From the human T2T-CHM13v2.0 reference genome, Homo sapiens, in assembly GCF_009914755.1 (NCBI RefSeq), contig NC_060931.1: 64,000 bases of DNA. The stretch is one strand, 5' to 3'. Below, one piece after another: positions 12,721-27,900 of the stretch (its first letter is position 1; every line of letters begins with the position of its first letter). A program made the position numbers and the translations under genes. The notes beneath the pieces are model-generated. The model made no database searches, was not told the DNA's origin, and saw nothing but the letters and a program-made list of their open reading frames with translations.

Positions 12721-14973
12721 TGTCTGCAAAACAGCTCCCTACAGAGCTGACGTGTGCACACTTTTGATCTCAAGTATTAGAAAACTCTTGCTAACAACCT
12801 AACGGCGCGAGAGGCTCTCTACCTGAACGGAAAGAATCTGGGTTCCTGCTTGACCTCACATGAGAACTCTGGGCCTGAAGCATCAAGTCTCTTCAAAGCA
12901 ACATCTAAAAGAACTCAAGTGAAAAACAGTTTCTCCAAAGGCTATTACAGTGCGAAACAGCCAAAGATGACCCTGCCACAAAGAGATTGTGATTTGCATT
13001 AAACTTCTCTTCCTTTTCTTTTTTAACATGCCCGACAGGCAGCAATAGATCAGAAGGCCATAATCACTATTCCAGTTTTGAAACTGCACTGTCCTTCTTC
13101 CCTAAGAAGATGAAATGAAAAGCACAGACAGCAGGCTCTGGGCACCAGTAAATTACACCCTCCCACACCTCAGGATGTCAGAAAGGTTTTGTTCTCTCAG
13201 TGGGCGTTTGGGAGAAGTGGGAACAGAATACTGAAACCTTTACCTGCCTAGTAACTGAAAGTGTCATGGGAAATCAAACTTCAGTTTATCAATAGATTTA
13301 TCCTTTTTGTCTCTCTCATATGGGCATCATTATGGAAGATTTGGGGGCATGTGGAGATAATTATATCAGAATGCAGAAAAGAAAGGACTCCAAACATTGT
13401 TAAGGTATGCTGCTGCATCCTTAAATAGGCAGATAGTCACGCTGTTGCTTGGAAGAATACAAGTAGGCACAATGTTACCCCAGAATTGCTTCATGATCAC
13501 CTGATCACAAATAAACATGAAGTGGCTCTTAGCACATGTGCTCCTTCTCAATGCCCACATTCCCACCTCCCATTCCCCATAAATCTCTGTTCCTGTTAAC
13601 ACTGTTAAGTAATTCTTTCTGGGCAATTAACGGTTTTAAATTATTATTTAAGCTAGTCTACAAATCATCATTAATATACTCTTCACGAAAATAATCCACT
13701 ACCTAATATTGTGACGACATTTAAAGTCATCATACATTTAAAGGGGGGGGGAAACAATTATATTAATATATCACCACACTGGAGTCCAGTCATGAACACC
13801 CCACTGGTGGCTTCATGTGGACCAACAATTCTAAGAAGCAAGGCTGCTTTCCCTGTTTTAAAACACTCCCAAAGTAAAGCTCATAGTCGGCAAAAGTATT
13901 GTTCCTTTTAAATGAGAAATGCTGCATAAGCAAAGCGACCTTTCTGTAAAGAAACTCTTATTACTGTGATATATCACCTCGAAAACTACTGCAAAAAAAT
14001 CCAGCAATTTTGATTCTAGTTTTTAAGGAAGAGAACGTCTTACACCCATCTAATATAAAGTTAGCTTTATAAAGCTTGCCTTTTAAAAATTCTATTGAAA
14101 TATTGAGATAAAAAATTGATCCACCATAACTTTAGGCCCTTATAAAAAATTAATGGCTCTCTGACATATAAGGAAAAAAAAAAAAAACAGAAAAAGCACC
14201 AAAACTGTCTCAAATGGTTATTTTTGAAATTTAAACACAGAAAATCTAGGCTTCATCTTAGAAAAGCATATTGAGCTTAGATATTATGAGACCATTTGAC
14301 TTACCCAGGGTAAGCATAAAAATACACTAAAATAATGGCAGCTGATTGGCAAATATTTATATTAAAATATATATCAATAGGTTTTTTTCCAAAGCACATC
14401 ATGCTATCTTTGTCTGAAAAACAAATTTAGCATTCATTTAATCCCACTAAAATAAAACACTCCTTACTTCAATAACACTGGTCTGTCATTGGTTGAATTA
14501 ACAGTCATCACAAGGAAAAAAAAAATCTACAATGGTATCAGGTCAGGGCTCAGGGATGAGCAACAGTGAATTTTCTTTTGTGACACAGTGATAAGCTACA
14601 CAGAAAAAAGTGGACTATGAGAAATAGAGCTGTATTTCAGCAAGCCCATTCCTTCCCAAATGATAGTTATATCAAATCGACATAGTTTTTAGGTCAAAAC
14701 ATCTTCCAAAAATTTTGAGTTTACATCCAGGAAATCTCTAGTGGCTATCAGTACTGCAAATTGGAAAAGAATACTTTTCAAATTACACCAACTTAGTTGT
14801 AGCAAACTTGAAATTCAAAAATGACAACTGCCTATTAAAATATGATGCATACTCAGGGATAAGAAAATTTAATTATATGTGATTGAAAATTACAAAACCA
14901 ACAACAAAGAAAGTTTTGAAACTGAAAATTGACCATAGCTTAACAGTATATTGCAATGACCAAACTAGGGAGT

Positions 14974-15356
14974 TAATAGAGTTGGGATATTTGTCCTGGC
15001 CCAAATCTCAAGTTGAATTGTAACTCCCCAGTGTTGGAGGTGGGGCCTGGTGGTAGTTGTATGGGTCATGGGGATGGATCCCTCATGGCTTGGTGCTGTT
15101 CTCATGATAGATATGGTCGTTTAAAAATGTATGGTACCTCCCTGACCCCTTGCTCCTGCTTTCACCATGCGATGTGCTTGCTCCTCCATTCGTCTTTTGC
15201 CATGATTGGAAGCTCCATGAGGCCTCCCCAGAAGCAGATGCCAGCACCATGCTTCCTGTACTGCCTGCAGAATCATGAGCTGATTAAACCTCCTTTCTTT
15301 ATAAATTACCCAGTCTCAGGTATTTCTTTATAGCAATGTAAGAACAGCCTAATACA
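14974..15356 (+). mobile_element. MSTB-type MaLR solo LTR
   Basis: ccaaatctca-gttgaattgtaa...ccagaagcagatgccagcaccatgcttcctgta...ctaataca; TSD GGAGT/GGACT (4/5). Confidence 0.88.
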
Positions 15357-16097
15357 GGACTTTTATTGTGAACTTTTGTACAGCAAAAGGATAATTTGCA
15401 ATCCTGAAAAATTCCTTCTACTTTACTTACCATTGATCAGTCTTTCAATGGTATAGGGCTGACATTTGGCTTCTTTATTTTATATGGATTATGAGCAAGG
15501 AGGAGTCAAAGAAAGACAATGAAATTGAGTTGAGAGGGCAATGTTAAATCACTGAGGAACACATAAAGACTTGAAGTTACATAAAGGAAAATAAAAGCCT
15601 TAAGAGGGAAGAAGTTGGGGAGGGTAAGGGATTTTAATTGCTATAAGAAATATTTAGTTTAGATTTAGTTTTAAATCAAGAGAAATGGTGAACAGGACAC
15701 AAAAAGGAGTCAAACCTCAAAATTTTAATCTATTAAGGAAAGAATATGTAACTAAGTGACCCATGACATTTCTTAAAGTTATTTGACTATGATTCCTATG
15801 AATAGAGAATTCAGCAAACATTTCACAGAAGTCTTCTTTCTCATAATTGTTGTGGTGATAACTCTATCAAAAAATGGTATCTTTTCTAATCCATGCATAC
15901 TAACTTGATATACTTGTATAAAGTTCATTGATGTAGAGAAGGACAAAATAAAAGCAAGAAATTTTAAAACACAACCATGAAATGAAAGCATTTCAGTAAA
16001 TCCCCTTAAGAAAATTGAATAAGCAATTTTCATGAATTTAAGTGTGCTTTGTAATAAAATAAAAATAAAAAATAAATGGGTATAATAAGGTCTTTTA

Positions 16098-16437
<340 letters not shown>

Positions 16438-16484
16438 TCAACTATATAAAATTTGTGTGTGTGTGTGATATTTTTAGGGCATTC

Positions 16485-16786
<302 letters not shown>

Positions 16787-17591
16787 TAGGCCATTCTTTA
16801 ACCCATTATGTAACATGTACTAATTTTATTTTGGTCTTTTAAGTGTGTGGTTCTGGAAGTAACGATCAAGTTTCACTTATTTCTTTGTCACAACACAAAG
16901 TATTGCCTTATTCACAGCTAGTACTCAATAAATATTTCATCAGACAAGAAGAATCTAACGCCTTTGAATTCTACCCAGGAGCTAGGACAGTGTTAAATGT
17001 AAATGAGGCATTCTAGAATGAGTGAGATTTGGTGCTGCCCAGACCCAAAGACCAAAATGTAGCTGGTTAGTAAAGGTCCCAGTGAGACGATAAGGAATGT
17101 CACAAGCCAAGCCAGTATGGAGAAGGGCAACTGGACATTCTGACAGTGGGTTACAGGACACAGTACTGGGGAACACAGAACAGAAAGGTAGCAGAGAAGT
17201 AGGCTGTCTGCATAAAAGGGGCCGAGCAGCAAGGCTCAGGGGCAGAACTTCTGTCTCTAGAAAGCAGAGCCTTAATACAGAATAAATGGAATGCGTATCA
17301 GATGGAGGACCTTAAAGCAGAGCTTGAAAATGGAACACAGGACCTGGTTACCGCAAAAAGCCAACTATCAGTTCACAGGAAAAGAGAAGAAACTAAGTTA
17401 ATGGAACCCAAATACCCACCCAGAAGAGAGGAAGTGATAGAGGAGTACTGGTACCCAGCCTCAAGCCACCAAATTAAGGATTTTTAAACTTCCTTGGCTA
17501 AGAAAAGGATTGGTTCCAAATCCCAGGGAAGGTCTGAACATATGAAAGTTTAAAACGTTCTAGGAGAAGGATGAAAAAGATTCAGGCTGTT

Positions 17592-17864
17592 GGCAGGGCG
17601 TCATGGCTCATGCCTGTAATCCCAGCACCTTGGGAGGCCGTGGTGGGAAGACCACTTGAGCCCAGGAGTTTGAAACCAGACTGAGCAACGTAGTGAGATC
17701 TCATCTCTACGTTTTTTTTTTTAAGTTAGCTGGGTGTGATGGTGTGCACCTGTGCTACCAGCTACTCAAGAGGCTGAGAGGCAGGAGGGTCGCTTGAGCC
17801 TGAGAGGTCAAGGCTGTACTCCAGCCTGAGTGACAGAGCAAGATCCTGATCCAAAAACAAAAAA
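17592..17864 (+). mobile_element. AluJ with right-arm deletion and T-run linker
   Basis: cttgagcccaggagttt J-type motif; TSD AAAAAGA(T/C)TCAGG(C/T)TGTT. Confidence 0.9.
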
Positions 17865-18438
17865 AGACTCAGGTTGTTCCATGGGCCTCTGATACTGGCC
17901 TTCTGTAGAATAAACATATGTTTGAGTAATATTTTTATAGTAACGTGCTTAGTCACACATACTTTTGTTATTCTGATCAGTATTGTTTGTAATGACCACA
18001 CAGGTGTGTGTATGAACAGAACTTGGTCATTCCTGGGCCTATGAAAATAGCTCAGTAATGAATTTCCTATTACTACCCTGAGATGCAGGAGATAATGCTG
18101 AATGCCAGAATGTCAAAGTAAATCCCAATCCTAACAGAGTTTAGGACACCAGAGTTTTTTCCTAGAAAGCTAAATTCATTGGTAGAATTAAAGGGATTCC
18201 ACTGTGTGTTTCAGCATCAACAATCTGTTATATAACCAGAGCTTTACAGTGGTATATACAAATAGTACAGTCTTTCAAGAAATGCCTTCCTTCTCTCTCA
18301 CTCCACGTCTCAAATGTTTCCATGCTACACAATTATCAGCAACAGCAGAAATGTGAGTAAACACTGAAATGAAAAGTCATATGCACTAAAAATGCAAGGA
18401 TAATCCATATACCTCTGCTCAAATTCTCTAAAAATAAA

Positions 18439-18836
<398 letters not shown>

Positions 18837-18930
18837 GTACTATTTTATATAATATATAGATAGATAATTTTATAGATTATGTAAGATTATGTAAATTAAG
18901 TAATTAAGTAATATTACATGTAAATACTTA

Positions 18931-19034
18931 TGTAATTATATAGATTATGTAAAATTATGTGTAATTTTATGTAATTATATAGATTATGTAAAATTATGTG
19001 TAATTTTACATAATTATATAGATTATGTAAAATT
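18931..19034. repeat. AT-rich tandem repeat, 39-bp unit, about 2.7 copies
   Basis: Unit TGTAATTATATAGATTATGTAAAATTATGTGTAATTTTA at 18931 and 18970, partial copy at 19009. Confidence 0.9.
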
Positions 19035-19203
19035 CAGTATATGTTAATTTGGGTCTAGTATTTAACTTAGGCTCATGAGCATAATTTATATCTAAATTAT
19101 ATCTCATGAGCATATATCTATATATTTATATCTAAATTATATCTCATGAGCATAATTTAAATACTAGACCCAAATGAACATATACTGATTTTTATATAAT
19201 CTA
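19019..19203. repeat. Inverted repeat with 61-bp arms (19019-19079 / 19143-19203) and an overlapping 31-bp direct repeat
   Basis: Arms pair at 56/61 positions by manual alignment. 19084-19114 is identical to 19124-19154. Perfect palindrome GCTCATGAGC at 19071-19080. Confidence 0.92.
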
Positions 19204-19310
19204 AGAAACATTTTACAACACCTAAAAAGCAAAGGAAAAGAAGTTTAAATTCTGAATACTTAATTATCCCATTTGCAGCCCAGAAAGGTCAATCAATAGT
19301 AGTTCAAGAA

Positions 19311-19720
<410 letters not shown>

Positions 19721-19739
19721 TTATTCTCTTTAACAGAAA

Positions 19740-19940
19740 AAAGTTTACCGCATTCCCTAACACAGCTGATAATTATGTATTTACTTGTGTTTACTCATTC
19801 AATGCCTGTCCCCAGTACTTCACTGTAAGTCCCATGAGGTCAGGAAGGGTAACAGTTCTGCTGACAACTCAGCAACTATCATAGCACATGGTCAGTATTC
19901 ATTAAAATTGATAAGTTGATTGACTGAATTCATGAATAAA
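19740..19940 (+). mobile_element. L2 3' end fragment
   Basis: tgcctgtccc...cactgtaag-cccatgagg-cagg...ends in a tgactgaat-type tail. Confidence 0.6.
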
Positions 19941-22139
19941 CATTTTTGTATAGGTTCACTGACCTTATACACACATCATTCAGAAAAGCCAAGTATGAAG
20001 TTGGTCCAGGAACCTCATAATATGTGCATATAAGAAAACAGATGTAATTAGATAGCTAGCTAAACAGATGACATAGAAGATAAAACTACCCTCTCCCTCA
20101 TATTTATAAATATATTTGATGGTATTTGAACCCATTATAACACATTACTAATGACATAACTGTAAGTAGACTATAATAAATTAAAAGCCAATAAAAAATA
20201 ATGAACATGTTGTGTTTTTTGTAGATTTATTACACAAATTAAACACTGATAAATATTTGCAAAACAAGAACTCACAAATAGTATTTTATCCTCTTAATGT
20301 TCTAGGTTATTATAATTTTACAATCATACCTTTATTTTTAGACCCCATGAAATATTTTAACAAAAATAAATTCTGACAATAAAAATGAGCTGTGTTTCAA
20401 ACCTACGTATGCTAACTATCATACCTCCTTCCTACTGTGCATAGGAATATTATATTACGCATGAAGCATTTCATGTAACATTTTGATACAGTTGAGGTAT
20501 TATTAGAAACTACGTAAAGCCATTCATGAAATTAGGTAACTCTAAAAAATAACTATGCATAATTCTCCTCAAAGATAAATTAGTTGAGGTTACTGTTTTG
20601 AGGTCTCTGGCACTCCCATGAGATTCACTGTGGAATAGATACGCATTTGGATGCTGAGTTAATAAAATTTACCATTCCCTTTGGGAAGAAGATGAAACAG
20701 CTATAGAAAGCCAATTCATTACCCAGCAGAGGCAAGTGGACACAGATGCTCCAGTTTTTTACCCAAGCCTGAAAAGACCCCGTCCTTCCCTCTGAGCCTG
20801 CTAGAGAGCTGTTCCTTTCTTAAGATTCGGCCCAAGGGCCCCATTCTTAGCACCACATCTACGAGAAAGCTTTTCCTGACTTTCCACAAAACAAAAGATG
20901 GCGACGTACTTTGAGTAGCTTCCACTCAACATCCAAGACTGCATATATCAAAGTGCATCAGACATGCTGTACACTTCTATCTCCCTGATTAGACTCAGAG
21001 CTCAGTGAATTCAAGAACCAAACCACATTCACTCCCATATTCCTCAGGCCTGGAACATACTAGACATTCAAGTATTTACCAAAGGCAAAGATGAGGTCAG
21101 AAATTATGAATAATGAAAGTTATATATCTATATAGAGATAGAGATACAGATACACACACACACACATCACCCAAAAGATATCAGGGATATAAGGGAAGCA
21201 TTTAAAATAAGCTCCACCCTTAAAGAATGGGTTATATTCCAAACTCTGAGCTTTGAATTCAGACTTAAATAACCAAGTGAACAGCCAACACTGAGAAGTT
21301 TATAGGAAATAGCCATTCATCTATTGTAAGAGTCTCCTAGAAACAGAATCTGGGGGTGTGTTATGGAAGGAAGGGGTACAGGGGGGACACATAGAGTGAG
21401 ATTTCCACTTTGGAAACCACTTCTAAAGATGGGAATTATAATGGTCAACAACCCGTCAGAAAAAATGTCATCTACCCAGAATTAACAAGCAATTTTATCA
21501 CAGGCAGACGGATCCTTGGTATAAATTCAGCTCCATTATCCCAGTGTAAGGTCATGCTGATTTACTATATATTTCACATGCTAGTTAAGAAAGTCATCTA
21601 CAATACATCACTCATAATGTCTTTTGAATCTAGACGATGGTCACCCTGTCTACTCCATAGCTCTCGTCCCCGGAGGGGTAAAATATATGCTATAAAGAAG
21701 AAAGGCTTGATTTGTATACACGGTTGCTTAGCATCAAGTACTTTTATGGCAAAAGACAAATGGGACCAATAAAAAAGCTTATTACAAAGGCTACCAATCA
21801 GACCTAGAAAAGTCATGACCCAGTGCCAGCTTCCTGAAGCAATTCCCTCAGCTGGATTTGATGTTAACTGTTGTTATGATTTTCCACACAGTGAAGCCCC
21901 TCAGAACCCTCCCCCTCGGTATTTTTAAACTCCATTACCTCACTTTCCAACCATAACTGTTTTATCTCTCTCAAGCTGGCACACAGACTCATTTTTCCTT
22001 TTGCTCTTAAATAGATCTGTAGTTCATTCTTGAACTTTCTGCTTTCAATACCTGCTGACCAACTTTTCTTATAGTCTTTTTTTGCTCGGCCCTTATCCTC
22101 CACCCATCATTTAAATGCTGAGGTTCTGAGACCTTTTCT

Positions 22140-22356
<217 letters not shown>

Positions 22357-22726
22357 TGAGACCTTTTCTAAGATTCACATTCCCCCTTTCCCCGGCAGAA
22401 TGGATGTCTCCCCTCTCCGGCCGACCTCCCTCGGTTCTTGCTATAACGCTCCTTCTGTACCACTCTGGGATTGTTTATGGATCTATCTGTCTCCCACTTC
22501 CAGGCTGATGTTTCTGAGGACAGAAAACATATCCGTTAACAACATCTAATTAATAGCAGGTCTCAAGAAATGAAAGATTAATGAGTAAGTGACTAAGAAA
22601 CACTGTGAATGCTTAAAGTAGGCACACCAAGAAAACAGTCATTAAGAGGAAAAACTCTGGAGCCAAATGCCAGGGTTCAAATCTCAGCCCTGCCATTTTC
22701 TAGTTGTGTGGCCTTGGGAAAGGTAC

Positions 22727-23102
22727 CACGATGAACTGAATGTTTATGTTGCCTCAAAATTAATATGTTAAAATCCTAACCTCCAATCAGATAGTATTAT
22801 GAGGTGGGGCCTTTGGGAGGCGATTAGGCCGTAAGAGTAGAGTCGTCAGGAATGAGATGAATGCTCTTTAAAAACAGACCCCATAAAACTGACCCCAGAG
22901 AGCTCCCTTGCCCTTTCCAACATGTGAGGACACAGTGAGAAGGTGCCATCTATGAACTGGGGAACAGGCCCTCACCAGACACTGAATCTACTGGTGCCTT
23001 AATCTTGAACTTCTCAGCCTCCAGAACAGTGAGAAAATATTTGTTCTTTCAGCTGCCCAGTCTATGATATTTTTGTTATAGCAGCCCAAATGAACTACAG
23101 CA
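22727..23102 (+). mobile_element. MLT1A0-type solo LTR inserted in a MIR
   Basis: gaggtggggcctttgggagg...tgtgaggacacagtgagaagg...cagcctccagaac; perfect TSD GGTAC; MIR sequence at about 22630-22721 upstream. Confidence 0.88.
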
Positions 23103-23884
23103 GGTACCTACTTTACTGAGTGTCATAAGAAATAACTGAGTTAATATATGCCAAACACTTTTTAAATGCCTTTAAGTATTCTAAACACTTTGTGTCAAAA
23201 ATTACCATTTACACAATAGGTTAGCCCTTTAAAAATTCTGTTTATACCAATAAACTTTTAAAGTTATGAGTAAAATAAGAAGTTTAAAAAATGTTTAAGA
23301 GTTTTCTTATTGAACCCCACAGATGCCTAGACCTCTGTCTCTGGTTATATTGACTTGTCCACATGTCTGACATGTCTGAATTTACCTGATACTACAGAAA
23401 TCACTTCAAATATCTACAAATAAACTCAAGTCACATGAAACAGTTCCATTTCTTAAACTTATGAATCACTGTTTATCATTTTCTCATCAAGTTATAGGAA
23501 AATAGCACATAATTCACTTTTATGTTTTTTTTTCAATTCTCAGATCAAAATCCCCAAACTTGGAGAGCAAATGCAAAGCAAGAAAAGGGTATAATTTTTC
23601 TAACAAGACAGTAGCCATGGAAGTACTGAAAAATGAATGAGAACTGGAGCCCGGAGAAGTCCTAACCACAAATCCACAGCACCTCCTTCCTCCTTTCTAG
23701 GCCCAACCCCATGTTCCTGAGAGCCAGGGGGAAACCCACAAAGTGTGATCTCCTGGGCCTCAGGAAGCAGCTTTATTTACTTAGGCAAATTAGGGCTGCA
23801 GTATATTTGATCCTGGCCCTTAAAATCAAAGGTTCTGTCTTGGGAAAGCATAGATTGGTGAAAGATGATCTATATAGAATTTTA

Positions 23885-24220
<336 letters not shown>

Positions 24221-25786
24221 TTAATAAGAATAATCCTCAATAATTTTTCCCTTTCTCTGAGACCTAGAACCTGGTCCTGCATATCCTTTCAGGAACAAGA
24301 TACAGGGCTAACTTCTGGGGGACCACCTAGCAGCCAGAGCTTTATTCCAACAGGGATAGTAAAACCAAGTTCCCACCTCCCATTCTCAATTATATTCTCC
24401 CTGCTGAGGACCAGTGTTTGCCCAGCCACACAGAAAGATCTCTTTTTGCAGAGAAATTCATTCTGAATTTTTTCTTACCATAGTGGTCATTAGTGAACAG
24501 GGTTAGGTAGGTTAATGCATTCTCAATCTTATAATGGTACTTTGGTACTTTCACAACAGATGTGTTATTGCTACTGTGTGTTCTGGAATATGAATCATAC
24601 CATTCAGCAATTATTACTGAATTACTTTTAAGTACATCACTGCAATAGAATGCCTCATTAACCAGCCATGCTCTCTCCATTAGCAAACTAATCATTAGAG
24701 TGCAGCCCTCTACTCTAACGGGAAAAAAAACTCCCAACTCAGAACATTTACAGCCTCTTTAGGCATAATTGCAGGCCATGGCTTATGAAACTTGGCTCTC
24801 TGATTGCAAGGTAAGCGCCAAAACTCAAAATTAACCTTGGCTGCTACCAAGTTCTGAGAATCAGTTTTCAGAAGGAACTGGCTTCCCACCCCGCCTCATC
24901 TCCTGTATTGGAGAGCATAATTTGAATGGACAAGTATAAAATACCATTTTTTAGGAGAAAAATATCCAAATGACCTATGGTGTTTTAAATTTGTGCTAAG
25001 AAATATAGAAAGAATATAAAAAGCGTAAGGAAGAAGTTTCAAAATGTTTATAATCTGGGTGGGGAGAATGCTATAGAGTGAATGGCTTCAACAACAAATA
25101 CTTATCTCACAGCTCTGGAGAATAAAAAATAGGTGGAAAAATATAAGGTAGTATATAATTAACCCAATGCTAAATGATATATCAATAATAAGCAGTAAAT
25201 GAGCTCAAAGATGAGATCAGTCATGCTGGGGGATGATATACATTCAAGAGTAACTATTATGTCTCAAGAAAGGGATTAAAGCATCATTTTAGGTTATCCT
25301 CTAAAGACTACTAGCTTAATATGCTGCTGGGATCATAAAAAACAGGAAGATACTGGCCATTGTCAGAAACATGTCAGAAATCATATTGAGTGCATTTTTC
25401 TGCTCTTGTATCCAAGTGGAAAAACTCCCAGTCACCATCACCTTGAAAAGTAATCTGAAATATGTTTAGGGTAACTCATAGAGGACAGATTCCTAAGCTA
25501 TTTTCTCTTATTTATCTGCCTTTATTTTCCATCTTTCTCTTAATAAGTTATGGAAAATTGCAATAAAGAACATAGGAATATGTTTAGGGAAAGAAATTTA
25601 AAAATCGATGTGAAAATCCAAAATCCTTTAAAAATAAAAAGTACATTTTTAAAAAATAGTAGCCACCACAAGATAATGGGTAATGAGACCCCTCTGTGCT
25701 GTTTGTACAACTTCTTAATTCTTTTTTAAAAATATAAGAAGTTTTTACATCATCATGAGAGTGAAATAAAAATGTGAACATTGTAA

Positions 25787-26288
<502 letters not shown>

Positions 26289-27503
26289 AGAGCCTTTATC
26301 TTCTATCAAGGAATGGGAAGGCATGTAAGGGGCAACGGACCACAACAGATTCTGTTTGGCTGTTCCTTTTGTGGCTTGTGGCAAGAGAAGAGTGCACAAC
26401 ATTCAACTAACTACAGTTCTGGGGAGGTGACAATGGAATTTATGAGAACCTGGTACCTGCAGATACGAATAAATACAAGTCCTTTAGGCAGACACTAAAT
26501 TCTTTCTCTTAGGCAGGTTTCTAATAAAAGCTATTTGTCAGACAGGTTGAGCTTATACTCCAATCTGCCTCAAACAACTGGTATTCTAAACCACGGATGA
26601 GGACAACTCTTAACACAGGGAAAATCAGACAACCAGATGGCAGGGCAGCACCTTGTTAGTAAAGCTGAGAATTTAACCAGACCTTTCTGAACAATGCATA
26701 TACACACAGAGGTGGGGTGCTAAGGAGGCTGTAGCTAAACAAGGCATTCTTTTTAGCATGCAGCAAAGACTCTGCTCTGACATTTAGACATGTATTTGAT
26801 AGAGCATCCAGGAATCTACACCACGGTGGATGGCAGAAATGCTTTAAGCCTCATATGTTTTCAAAATGGCAGTTACTGCATTCCTCGCCTAGCCAATGTT
26901 CACTTCATAAGTATTCCCAAGGAACATCCAATTCTGAGTAGCATGGCTTCCTGATGTAGCCTTTGATGTTACTACCCCAGAGAGCTGAATGAATTGGCTT
27001 GTTACATCCAAGCTTTATTTAACATTTGCCAGTTGAATGCAGAGAATGAAGATTCCTGTGCGGATTTAGGAGGTGGACATGTTAAGTTCCACCCTGACCT
27101 TTTTTTCGACCTTGAGTTTATAAGAATGAGAGAAGATGTGTATGCAAAAGAACAATGAGTATCACTTAAGTCTGAAGGGGAAAAAAAAGCAGAGAAGCCT
27201 AGTATTCTGGCCATGTGTTGTTTTATAAATGACTTGGCAGCATTTTGCCAAATTCATAAAGTAATTTTTTAAGTAGTATGTGTGGCTATAGATCATTTCC
27301 ATAAAAGTCTAATAACTACACTAAATTTTTGAAGTGTTGATTTAATCAAAATTAACTTCAGATATTCAGAGACTATTTATTATGTATGGGCATTATACTA
27401 AGACTTAATAAGCCCATCTGTATAAGGCTCTGCCTTCAAATACCTCACAATCTAATGGGGGAAAGGAAAGAGGAGAAGACATGTAATGTATACAAATAAC
27501 CAC

Positions 27504-27900
27504 TATTATGGGCTGGCTTGTGTTCCCACAAACTTCATATATTGAAGTCCTAACTCCTGGTATCTTAGAATATGACTGTATTTGGAGATAGGGTCTTTAA
27601 AGGGGTAACTAAGGTTAAACGAGGTCACATGGATGGCATGCCCTAATCCAGTCTGACTGGTGTCCTTCTAAGAAGAGGAAAAGACACTAGGGAGGAAGGC
27701 ACACAGAGCAAAGGCCATGTGGGGACACAGAGAGAAAGCAGCTGTCTGCAAGACAAAACGAGAGGTCTCAAAAGAAACCAAACCTATGGACACCTTTATC
27801 TTGGACTTCCAACCTCCAGAACTATGAGAAAATAAATGTCTGTTGTTTAAGCCACCCAGTCTGTGGTATTTTGTTATGGCAATTCCAGCAGACGAACACA
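27504..27900 (+). mobile_element. MLT1B-type solo LTR nested in an L2 fragment
   Basis: gtatttggagatagggtcttta...cttggacttccaacctccagaact...tttaagccacccagtctgtggta; perfect TSD ACCAC (27499-27503 / 27901-27905). Confidence 0.9.

Noticed and set aside
12822-12904. Possible minus-strand exon with one open frame (VALKRLDASGPEFSCEVKQEPRFFPF)
   Set aside because: The acceptor is reasonable, but the donor GTAGAG is weak and no homology is recognised.
15431-15551. Minus-strand pseudo-exon with strong donor ATG|GTAAGT and acceptor TTCCTCAG
   Set aside because: Stops occur in the frames examined; such site pairs are common in long introns and there is no further support.
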